The notes under the pieces are model-generated. The model ran no database searches. It was not told the DNA's origin and saw nothing but the letters and a program-made list of their open reading frames with translations. Positions 1-10,404 of a stretch of 64,000 bases of DNA are shown here, piece after piece. Origin of the DNA: Macrostomum lignano (lineage: Eukaryota); assembly GCA_002269645.1 (NCBI GenBank), contig NIVC01002349.1, forward strand, positions 3,974-67,973. The letters are read 5' to 3'. Numbering within the stretch: position 1 is the first letter of the stretch; every line of letters starts with the position of its first letter. The position numbers and the translations under genes were made by a program.

Positions 1-31
1 TTTCTTTAGTTCACCTTCACTTGTCTCTGTT

Positions 32-32
<1 letters not shown>

Positions 33-90
<58 letters not shown>

Positions 91-108
91 CTCTCTCTCT
101 CTCTTTCT
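33..108. repeat. (CT)n microsatellite
   Basis: Direct dinucleotide run; it interrupts the 5' side of the Penelope-like fragment. Confidence 0.95.
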
Positions 109-109
109 C

Positions 110-860
110 ACCCCCAATCACTCGATTGCAAACTTTGTCTCCATTGCTATCGAACAAGTTCTTAATAACAACAAAATCGAACTAAGGGAAGAAATCTGGA
201 TTAAAAAACTGGGGACTGACAAACCGCCAGGTACGAACATCAGGGTCGACAATCACCTTCTCCGACCCATCCCAATGGTCTTTCCTTTTCACCCATCTAC
301 GGTCTGGCTTGCCAACGAGATTGCTAAAAACTTTGATAAGCTACAAAATAAACCAGGCTCCCGCATACTGCCCACTTTTACACGGCAACGTAACTTACAG
401 AGCCTCCTGGCTCCCAATAAGTTCAAGTCTCAGCCAGGAAACATTGAATCATTTTAACCAATGCGCTATTTTTACCCTATTGAAATACAATATTTATTCA
501 CGTGTCATTTATTTTATTTTATTCAAACTGCTTAACTGTACGCTCAATATTGATTTTTATGCTCCTACCCCCAATACCGGCATTTCATCTAATCGTATAG
601 TATCGCATATCGTATAGTTCGAAATAACAATTTTTTATAACAAATATACCGTCGTTTAAAATTAATGGTGGAAAGCCTCTGGGACAAGTTAGAGCTAGGC
701 AAAACAGGGTTTTAAATGTACATCCCTCATATGTACAACTACTCATCAATTCTATCAGACTAAGAAAAATAATACTTAAAAGACCAACTTGAATTGCATG
801 ACACACAGATTTTTTGGCCTGACGAAGAGCCCAGAGGCTCGAATCCGGTAGCCCAGATTT
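110..860 (+). mobile_element. Penelope-like retroelement remnant (GIY-YIG endonuclease C-terminal half, short ORF tail, 3' region with hammerhead motif)
   Basis: Frame 116-457 reads NHSIANFVSIAIEQVLNNNKIELREEIWIKKLGTDKPPGTN. The REEIWIKKLGT..P.G.N segment matches the RE..WI..L.T..P.G.N end of PLE GIY-YIG domains. It is followed by PMVFPFHP...FTRQRNLQSLLAP, then an AT-rich 3' region ending in a hammerhead-like motif at 816-853. Confidence 0.7.
816..853 (+). ncRNA. Minimal type I hammerhead ribozyme-like motif (PLE-associated)
   Basis: GGC-CTGACGA-A-GAGC(CCAGAG)GCTC-GAA-TCCGGTA-GCC: stem I GGC/GCC, CUGANGA core, 4-bp stem II, GAA, and a CCGG palindromic stem III loop. The canonical A15.1 is T here. 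Confidence 0.6.
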
Positions 861-1741
861 ATTTAATTATTTTTTAAACACGCCGTGACCTCTCTTCTCT
901 CTCTCTCTCTCTCTCTACCTCTCTCTGTCTAGTAGCTCAATCTTGTTATTCCTCTCTCTCTCTCCCTTGCTGCCTTCTGATTGGCTCTCCATTCTCGCCT
1001 CTCTCTTTAGGCGCGCACTCCACCCTTCCCTTTATTATCTGCATTCAACCCCCCCCCCGAGTTAATGTCTGATATAAATATTGTTGTTTGGGCCCTAAAT
1101 CTCACTCTCTTCTTTCTCATCAATTTAACTCTAATTTAGGTAGTTAAGTCTTAATATTTTCACCTCATAGACAACACTGAGTAGTTGTTTAGTAGAAAAT
1201 CATCCAGTAATCCTTTAATCGGCTCTCTTCCTTTTTAGCTGACAGAAAGCGCGAGGTTATCGAAGAGATCAATATAGCTTTCCAGAATGGTGAGATACTT
1301 CGTCAAAATCGTCCGTAAATGATACAAAACATGTCATTCAGTTGTAAAGAAACTATATTTGGTAAACTCCTTTTTATGCTATGACTGTTCATTACTACCA
1401 ACTATCCGTTAAACTTGAAGACTTTTAAATTCATTGGCTACATGCAAAGCCCAGCTACCTCTTGTTACATTTATCGTGCTCACTTAACTATGAAAAGTAT
1501 AATTTTTTCGTTTTTCGTTTGGCGTTTATCACGGGCAAATATCATAAGATCTATGATCAAAAGTAAGATCGTAAAATTTTCAAAGCCAGGACAGGAGTTA
1601 AAAGTCTATGGCCCGAAGCTGCAACCCAATTTATATGTTAAAAAGACAGATAAGATAGCTCGAGGACTGACTTTAAGTCAAATTGAAAGTCATATTGAAA
1701 AATATATAACGATCAACGCCAGTTTCGGTCTTGCTTTTATC

Positions 1742-2821
1742 ATGTCGTTGAGGACTCGCGCAACCTCGACCACGGCGAGCCATCGCAGCCACTACCAAGC
1801 TGCCGCTGGGCGCCGAACTTCATTCGGCCAAGCCCCCAAAGGCCACCATCGCTTTCAGTCATCTGCCAGCAGCGACGCCAGCTGCAGTGACAGCAACGGA
1901 AGCAGCAAGTACTTGTCCCTTGGTCACATCGGAGCCACTCGGACACACAGCCAGACAAGCAGCCCGAGTTCAGAGTGCAGCTTTAACTCAAGGATTCTAG
2001 ACAATGGGAACCGCCAATGGGACCGCCTCATCAAACTGGCAGTGCGCGATGCCAACTCTTCGAACCGCCAGCAGTCGACCAGGCGTCGGAGTCGCCGACA
2101 TGACTCGATGTCACCGCAGCCAATCCAGCCGGTGTTTTCGCCGCCACCGTCGCCCACTGCGAACCCGTACAGGTACCGGCGCGGTCGCAGCGCAGGACGG
2201 CACCATGAGGATTCGATCAGCCCTGCGCAGCGTTGGAACGACAACAGTTCCAACCAAAGCAAGATATACGACTTCAGACCGTTGAGACAGCAGCGGCAGA
2301 GAAGAACGGCCTGCAAGCCGCAGTTGCTGCAGCAGCACAAGCATGGACGAATGATGCAGGAACAGCAGCCAAATAAGATCTACGCTGGCAATCACGCGGA
2401 GAGCAATGTGCTGCTCAATCGGAAGCTCAACGACTCACTTCGACGGCTGCAGTCGCAGAGACGAAGCAGCCGCAACTTGGTGCGGTGCAACAATGAGGAC
2501 AGGTGGACGTCTTTCTATGGCAAAGACGACAGCGATTCCAGCCAAAGTGAGCAGGAAGAGAGACCGCTCCCAGTTCAAAAGGCTCAGCAATGGGTGCGGG
2601 ACAGGTGCGGCAGAGATGAGCGAGCCCGAGAACTAGAGCCTAGCTGCGATGGCGCCAGAGGCTGCATGCGAGAGACCAGAAGCCACCGCGAGACCCTGTT
2701 CAGCTGCCCGTTCATGGCCCTGTCACTGACGACCAAGATCTACGAGTGCGATAAATGCGCTACCAAATACCACAGCAGTTTGAGCGGCAGTCGGGCTCGA
2801 ATGCCATGGGTTCAGCAGTGA
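1742..2821 (+). CDS. Orphan Ser/Arg/Gln-rich disordered protein (~359 aa) with a C-terminal Cys cluster
   Basis: GC-rich, stop-free 1.08-kb island in AT-rich surroundings. First ATG at the GC transition is 1742 (the TTG extension to 1415 is AT-rich and doubtful). Ends ..CPFMALSLTTKIYECDKCATKYH..WVQQ*. No family recognised. Confidence 0.55.
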   Translation: MSLRTRATSTTASHRSHYQAAAGRRTSFGQAPKGHHRFQSSASSDASCSDSNGSSKYLSLGHIGATRTHSQTSSPSSECSFNSRILDNGNRQWDRLIKLAVRDANSSNRQQSTRRRSRRHDSMSPQPIQPVFSPPPSPTANPYRYRRGRSAGRHHEDSISPAQRWNDNSSNQSKIYDFRPLRQQRQRRTACKPQLLQQHKHGRMMQEQQPNKIYAGNHAESNVLLNRKLNDSLRRLQSQRRSSRNLVRCNNEDRWTSFYGKDDSDSSQSEQEERPLPVQKAQQWVRDRCGRDERARELEPSCDGARGCMRETRSHRETLFSCPFMALSLTTKIYECDKCATKYHSSLSGSRARMPWVQQ

Positions 2822-3369
2822 TTTATTTCATCGACTTTTTTAGATAAAGTGATATTTTAGTAGTGACAATCCTTGCCATTTGTTGCAAAACGGACAAATA
2901 TTTGTATTTTTAATATCCTTTTTTGGAAATGCGGACCGGCAGAGAGTTCCTTTGCACTAACACGCAGCCTAATTCGATTTCGGGTGAATTTTTCAGTGAA
3001 AATAAAACTTTAATACACATTTTATCCATTAACTCCTACCATTTTCTAAGTTTTGGCAACTTTGGTGTGCGTTTTTTATTCTACGCTTCGTGTTACCGTA
3101 GGTTGTGTTGGATCGCTTTTCATAAAAACAGCAGTCATCTCAATAAGCGACTGATCCTATATTTCTAAGGTAACAGAAAGATTGCAGAACCTCTGCCAGG
3201 CACGACGAGATTCAACTTCAACTTCGAAATGCACAGCCATCCTTTTTAGCCCGGACCAGCGGGAGTAATTTTGAAAACTGCACGTCTACATCAACGGAAA
3301 TCAGCTCCCGCCAGCTCTCTACCCGAAAATTCTTAGTGTCAAGTTCGACTCCTTGCTGTCCTTCGTTCA

Positions 3370-3760
3370 GCACTGAAGAATTGACACTAAAAGGCGATCA
3401 CAATCATGCTCCCATTTCATAGGCAGAAGTGCGACTGTTAAAACTGAAGCGCAGACTAAATGTGCTAGCTATAGAGCAGCCTGCCAAGCGCTTCAGGTGT
3501 ATCGTTGATGAAGTAGCGAGTAATGATCCCGGCACTCACGATCATGCTTTTCCTGATGTACAACAACGAGCCAGGCGTGCGACCCAGTATACCAAGCTCG
3601 ATCGAGGAGACATGCATCTCCTAGAATCTGATGAGCTGAACTTGTGAAAATGGTGAGAAATTTTACCAAGGCTCTGCCTCCACCCAAGGACCACTAGGAA
3701 CACTTCGTTATATAAGGACGCTACACTCTTGATTCGTGTAAAAATAGTTGAAGGGCGATT
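3370..3760 (+). pseudogene. Decayed Mutator/FLYWCH-like transposase fragment
   Basis: Frame from 3381: LTLKGDHNHAPIS*AEVRLLKLKRRLNVLAIEQPAKRFRCIVDEV..., then ENGEKF. This resembles the HNH motif and following helices of MULE transposases; it carries internal stops. Confidence 0.35.
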
Positions 3761-6700
3761 TTCGTTGTCGTATACATTAGCGAGATAGATAAATTGCACG
3801 ATTTTCATCAAAATATGTGCTGTTTGCAGTAGCTTAAGTTTATTTATTTCACAAATTTTGCAATATAAAACCAGAAACACTTAGCTATATTATATTCCTT
3901 TGTGGTTTTGTCGTATTTTAAGGTTATTACATTTCTTCAAATTACTTTTGACTAGGCTAGGCCTATGACTAAGACTAATGTTTATTGACAGGGAACCTAT
4001 TGTAATAAATACTTAATAGGCCTAAAACTATTTGATTTCTAACTAGGCATAACCTTAACTGCCTTAACTAACTAGATTTTTTATTGATTGCATGCTTGCA
4101 AAGTATAAGTATTGACTGCAACTACATGCTTTAGCCCTATCATATTGGTTATTGCCAGAGTTCAAGGCTGTTATTAAGTATATTCTATAGTGTCTATTTT
4201 GCTTAGGCCTCTGTTACTGTTGCTGCTTATAAAATTAGACTTATTTTGTATTTTTACTCATTTATACGTATATGTACCACCAGTATATATATATACATAT
4301 GTAATATGAAATTATATATTTATTCATGCTAGGCCTACATAACATTTGGCTAAATATCTATTGGAGGAATTCGAAAACTGAAGGGAACTAGAGTAGGCCT
4401 AGGCCCCTTTTAGAAAAATAGCTATAGCCTAGCTAAGAACTGTATGATAGATCGTATTTATTATATGCAAAGAATTAAGCTCAAGCCAGTAATTATCATA
4501 CAGTTCATTTTTTATTTTTAACTTTGCTTAATTGCAGACCAGCTGTCAGGCCAATGAAGTGCTGTGTGTCAAGATGTACAAGCAACTACACTACTGGTAA
4601 TATATGGCCAGGGTGGCTTTGAATTGCCCTTGAGGCCCATGTCCACACTTTTGTCCATGCTCCTGTGATGCTCTTGGATATCCAGAACTGAGATGCCCAG
4701 GTTGGCCACCAACAAATTCCACAGGTGACTGAGATGACAGACCAGCTATTCTAATGCTTCCTAAACTTAAAATTGATGTGTAGAGTGACAGGGTTTGTCA
4801 GCATACACATGTACCATTTGTAGACATTAGCCTAACACTGGTTATGAACACTGCTGAATTTGTTAAAATAATTTTTGTGCATTTGTAAAAGCGTTTTTCT
4901 TTGTTTTTGTTACTTACTTTTTCCATTTTCCTTCTTTTAATACTGTTGTCGGATTTCCATCCTCCAAATATTTGTACTTTCTGTTTTGCAATTCAGCCTC
5001 GTACTTTTCAGTTAGCCGACTCCCTTCGTTTACCATACTTTTCCCCACAGACGATCTCAACCGTTAATTTACCACGGATAATTCAGCTAACCTCCTGTTC
5101 ATTATTGTTAGTATAAATACAAGTTTAACTCGCGGCTTTGGCCCTGGTCCTCTGCTTCACTTCTTTTCTGCCCCGCTAATCACTGTTAAATCAATTTGCA
5201 ACACTGATCGACAGACAAATCTGCTCAATATAGTTTATCATACCTCCTCAGTTTTGTGGTGGCCAGACTGCTGTTCATAAGTTTAGCTATAAGCAACTAA
5301 ACTCGACACAACTCTGCTTGCTTGCTAAATTATATTGCCACTCGCAAGCAGATTATTTACTATTAATTATTTACAGATTATAGCTAGAGAGAACAGAATG
5401 TTGAAACAGGAGTCTGCTTTGTGATGTTTGACTTTTTTATTCTCACTCATTTTTCTAGCCCTCTTATGAGAAAGATTTCAAAGGATATAGACCAAAGCAT
5501 GTGGGTTCTGTATATTATCTCCAGACTTCTGGATCTCTCAGAAACGTCAATAGCTAATGAAACTACGAGCGTATTCAGAAAAGATGCGCCTAAGATTTTC
5601 GCCTCGTTTTTTAATTTTGCTTCCTAAATTTAAAGATTTGAATACCAAAACGCCCCAAAATATAGGGCGTCTCCAGTGTACAGGATTTTCTTGCATCTAC
5701 ATCTAGTGGGAAACGAAACTAGATGACTTACGTGGTAGGAGACAAAAATCTGAACAGTCTGGCGAAAAAAGTAACATTCTACATGCAATCGATTCGGAGA
5801 TACAAACATTTCAATGATCGGCCTTCAACTATTTTTGCACGATTTGCAAGCGTTGCGTCCTTTTAGTCTAGCAGTCCTTGATTCCACCCAGTAACATTCC
5901 ATCTTTTTGGTCATTCAGAGCTTCTAAGAGTTAGAGAAACTGCGCAAAGTGTTCGCAGATGGAAGATTTCGTGTGGTTCCGCGCATATGTTACTCCTCAC
6001 AATCGGAATCTATACCCAAGCAGGGTTATTCCCCCCCCTACTTCTTCGCGCAGCTTACCGGAAAATCTAAGGCTGCATAGCATATTACAATTTGTATTTG
6101 GACAAAACTTTAGTAGGCTGCGTGCCCTTTGATTTCCCATTTGCACGAAGCTGTGAACTCTGATGGTTTGAATTACGCTATTGCGCTATTGCGTAATTCA
6201 AACGCGTGAATTTTTTAGCATTTCCATTGCATCAGATAAGTAAATCCGTGTCTTATTTGTACAGTGGGGCTACAGACTCATCGGGAAGGCTTAAGTAGTT
6301 TATTGGGTTGAAGCTTCGCACATTCGCGATGGGAGTTTTAATAATTTTAGAATTGAACTCATTTGAAGGGCCATTGCACAATAATTTAACACCCGGTACA
6401 ATTCCGGTGCCAGTCGAAATGCGTGCAAAGTGCTTGGTGTCGAAAGTTTTTTTTAGATTAACGTATTTCAGCTATCACTCAATAGAATGAGCAGCGATTG
6501 TGCATCATTATATACGCTCGTACTCGCATATGCTGTTGCTATCCATGTATTGCGTAAAACATCGGAATGCATTTGTATTTGAAATGATAGCTAAATGTCT
6601 CCGTTAGGCAACTCCTCTCCCTCACATCTCATCCTCTCACGCCATCACTCATCAGTCTTCTTTCCTTTCCAAGACCGATTGTAAATGATTTCAGAGCCTA

Positions 6701-7947
6701 AAATCAATTGCGTAATCACAGCAACTTTCATTAATACTCTACATACATCACTTTTGGCCCAATGATAAAAGTTTTTGTTTAACTTTCAGTTAGCAAGGTT
6801 TCTAATGGTTGGAAGATTTTTCCCAAATGAAGACTTTGACGTGAAGAGTTAAATACATTAGGTTATACGAGCTATATTCGAAAATTTTGAACCTGCAAAT
6901 ATCAGTCTTTTAATAGATTTTTTGAAATCCATGGCAACACTAGCTATAGTAAAAAATATTCTAGCCGTAACAGGCAACCCATTGCCGGTGAAGGATGATC
7001 AGAAGCATAGAGCAGGCAAATCCTACATCTGCCCATGACTCGGTCGAGATCACACAATCGAGGCTCAGCCAGCACGACCAAAGGAAGCACATGGCAAGCA
7101 AAGTGCAAAAAATAATCGACGATTCCAAATTTCCCATTGACGAGTTGGAGCCGGTTATCGATGTCATTTGTGCATTAGCGATCGTAGCGCACACGCAAGT
7201 GAAGTCTGGTATCCCAAACCAAAAAGGCTCTCAGCAGTGCCGCTTTCGCTGGTGTTTGGCGGGGCACCAAGGAGGCCGGTCAACGCGCACATCCGCCGCC
7301 TGCACAAGGAGGACCGAGAGGCCGAGATTGAGACTAAGGTCCTGGAAGCGGAGCAGCGTGTCGCCAACGAGGCAGCCGATGCAGGACAGCTGGCGACAAA
7401 AAAAACTGTTCCGAATGTCATAATCGTGCTTTGCGAGTATCTTAGGGACTTTGACCGGTGGCCTGCTAGCTCAGCTCCTTGCTCCTTGCTCTGGGGCGGA
7501 ATACATTTCTGCCCAATATGCTAGTCGGTACAGCAGTTGCCGATTTTGATGGCATCTTTTGGGCACTGATTTTGAGTTAAAAATAATATTTTTGCATATT
7601 TTTTCATAAAGCAGTTGCTTAGCATTCCAGTCCCTTGAAAATCTAATCAATATTCACTTATCCCAAGGCAGTTAACTTAGCTGATTGGTTTGGATTTAGT
7701 GGTGTTTAAAAAACAGAAATTGAAGCGGCTCATCACCACTGGATCTCAGTAGAGAGCCAAGACAGTCCCGAAAAATCCTGTCAGACAAACTTGTCTCAAA
7801 AACACAAATAGGAGTCTAAGCGGAGTGTAAAGCATTATAACAGTATTTATGAGATCTTAGTGTCTGATATAAGTTTCTCAAGTAGGCTCATCCTAGCCGA
7901 CGTTGCTGATCAGTTAAACAGCTGCTGGACACAAAGTTGCAGAATAT

Positions 7948-8006
7948 TTATTCCTTATAAATGAGTAGCTCGAAAGTCTTCATATGATTGTTCAGTGTTA
8001 GCACGG
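7948..8006 (-). pseudogene. Detached native C-terminus of the FReD gene (TVLTLNNHMKTFELLIYKE*)
   Basis: Follows the LINE tail and second TSD copy (8007-8015). It continues the FReD frame (..LYDSG-TVLTLNNHMKTFELLIYKE*), with stop at 7948-7950 overlapping AATAAA. Confidence 0.85.
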
Positions 8007-8029
8007 TTCCCGAGTTGTTGTTGTTGTTG

Positions 8030-8896
8030 TTAATTCCCGGCCGGGTTAATATCCGGGGGGCGGGTTTGCGCCCCTACCGCCTGGAGGAAGTGCAGTGCGC
8101 GCGGGCCGTCGTCGTGGAGGATGGCCAGCGTCGGGTTCTCGCCCAGAATTTGTCGTCTGGTCTCGGTCGTGGCGCGACATTCCAGGAGCAGGTGTTTGAG
8201 GTCCTCCGGGGCCTCCCCGCAGGCCGGGCAGGTGGCCTCCGGTTCCAGCCCGATGCGGTGCCGATACTGTCGAAGTATCGGGCAGTGGCCAGAGCGTAGT
8301 TGGGCTAGCAGGACTCTGTCCTTACGGTTCATGGAGGTTTGCTGTTTGGGTCGTCGGCCGTTGGTGCAGGAGCGGTGGATGCTGCAGTGCTCGTTTGTCT
8401 CATACGATCGGATGAAGTCGTTGTGGGCCGTCGCCAGAATGGCAGAGCGTGCGCTGCGGTGATCCAGGGGTGCGTTGGTCTGATCAAGGGTGGCAGCAGC
8501 GCGGGCAGTGGCATCGGCGAGATCGTTGCGACGAAGGTCGCAGTGGCCCGGGACCCATTGCAGGGTCACGTGATGGCCAGGCGGGAGGCGTCCCAAGATG
8601 CGCAGTATGTCGCGGCAACAAGGGGAGAGCCGCGGGCTTGGGCCGCCTTTGAGGCAGCGGAGCAGGGCCTGGGAGTCGGTCGCGCAGCGCAGCTCGCGGT
8701 TTCCCGGCCACGGCAGTGCGTCAAAAGCTGCTTGGAGGCCGAGCCTAAGCGCGCATTCTTCCGCACGGAAGGACGAGGTCAGGCTCCCCGCCGGAGCTCT
8801 CAGAAAGCGCGTCGACGAACCGCGGGTGTAGAGGACAGCTCCTGCTCCGCCGTTGGTGGTCCCCCTGCTGCCGACCCGTCCGTCCAGAGTTCAAGG
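8030..8896 (-). CDS. LINE RNase H and C-terminal zinc-knuckle region
   Basis: Same frame as the RT. It is separated only by a ~40-nt out-of-frame stretch bounded by a C8 run (fwd G 8902-8909) and a G5 run (fwd C 8861-8865). Stop TAA at 8030-8032 abuts the tail. Confidence 0.88.
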
Positions 8897-10404
8897 TCAG
8901 CGGGGGGGGAGCGACGCTAGGGTCTCGAGCGCCGCGGCCCTGCGAACATGCGGTGGGTCGTCGCGTGAGCACTTAACTATGAGGGCGTCTTGGATGTGAA
9001 AGCTGGTCGAGGATGACCACGGAGGCACCAGCTCGTTGTCGGTTTCGATTTGGAGCTCAGCCAGTCCGGCTCTGTGGGTCAGCTTTCTGGCACACCTGCG
9101 CCAACATCTGCGGAAGTTGCCGTTTCCGCCGTGAGCGCGGATGCTAGGAGTGACTTCTCTGTCGGCGATGTTGCGGAGCGAGGTGGCTTGGCGTTGGCGG
9201 AGCGTTTTGTCCAGGAGCGTCGCTGCCGCGGCCGCCGCACTGTGAGACAGGGGTTGGAGTCCGGCTTCGATAAGGAGCGCGTCTGTTGGCGTAGATTTGC
9301 AGCATCCTGAGATGACACGGGCAGCCTCGTTGTGGGCAGATTCCACCAGTTGTCTGCAGGCGTCCGACGCGAAGTTAAACCAGGCTGCCGCGCCGTGAAG
9401 AGCAGCCGACTCAGCGTAGGTTCTGTAGAGTTGCGACAGGAGCCCAGGGTCCTGGCCCCAGTCACGCCCGGCTAGGCAGCGGAGAGCGTTGGTCCTCTTT
9501 TGGAGGTTTTGTTTTTGTACCGACGCATGGTGCCGGAACGTGAGCTGGGAGTCGAGGTGCACGCCCAGGAGTCTTGGGTGAGGTTCGAACGGGGCCTGGA
9601 CGTCGCCGAGCCTGATATTCGGTCTCGCTTTGCCATTTACCTCACGGGGATCGAGGGAGAAGAAGGAAACGACCGACTTGGACTTGTTGAGGTCCACCTT
9701 CCAGGTTTGGGACCAGGTAACAAGCCAATCGGCCGCTCTCTGCAGTCTCGACTCGCACTCTTTGAGGTTGTGGCCTTGGGCGCCGAAGGTGGTGTCGTCG
9801 GCGTAACCGACCGCCAGGACGTCTTCGGGGGCGTCGTCGAGCAGGTCGTCGATGTACACGTCCCAGAGCGTCGGGGCGAGAACGGATCCTTGCGGTAGGC
9901 CCTCGGTGAAGATTCGGACGCGGCTGCGGACCCCGTCCCAGGTGACGAGGGCGCGGCGGTCGTTGATGAAGTTTTTAATCCACCGGTTCATACACGTGGG
10001 CGTCCCTTTTCTGTTTAGCTTGGCAATTTGGGCTTTACGCCACACGCGCTCGTACGCTCTGGAGAAGTCAGCTAAGAGTAGGGCGGTCCGCTTCGCTGGT
10101 TTCTGAGCTTGGAAGCCGTCGAAGATGTATTGGGTGACCGCCGTAATCTGCTCCTCAGTGGAGCGGTTCCGGCGGAATCCAGCTTGGGCTGCATTTAGCA
10201 GTTTATTCTCTTCCAGATGAAAGGCGAGGCGTTCGTTAACGAGCCGCTCGGCGATTTTAGCAGTACAAGAGAGAAGGCAGATAGGGCGGAAACTCGCCGT
10301 GATGCTGTGATCTTTTCCGGGTTTGGGGATCGGTCGAATGTCGCCCAGACGCCACGCAGCCGGGACTTCAGCGGTACGCCAGGAGATGTTGATGGCAAGC
10401 AGCA
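8897..10404 (-). CDS. LINE reverse transcriptase domain, in frame with the upstream FReD exon
   Basis: Part of ORF 8897-10909. RT starts at LLAINISW..VPAAWRLGDIRPIPKPGK (start of RT subdomain 0) and is stop-free to 8897. Confidence 0.93.

Larger units (their letters stand above)
8016..10404 (-). mobile_element. 5'-truncated non-LTR retrotransposon (RT + RNase H + CCHC; I-group/Ingi/Nimb-like) with (AAC)n tail
   Basis: 9-bp TSD TTCCCGAGT at 8007-8015 and 10405-10413; (CAA)n tail at ~8014-8031; RT motifs PIPKPGK, GFRRNRS, GLPQGSVLAP, YADD; RNase H motifs WTDGS, RAEE, TDSQ, WVPGHC; C-terminal CPACG..H...C. No APE endonuclease. Confidence 0.97.

Noticed and set aside
1415-1741. N-terminal TTG-initiated extension of ORF 1415-2821
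   Set aside because: AT-rich and non-coding-like composition; the ATG at 1742 coincides with the GC transition.
6167-6202. Perfect 12-bp inverted repeat TTTGAATTACGC/GCGTAATTCAAA
   Set aside because: Isolated and short, with no TSD, terminator context or associated feature; noted only.
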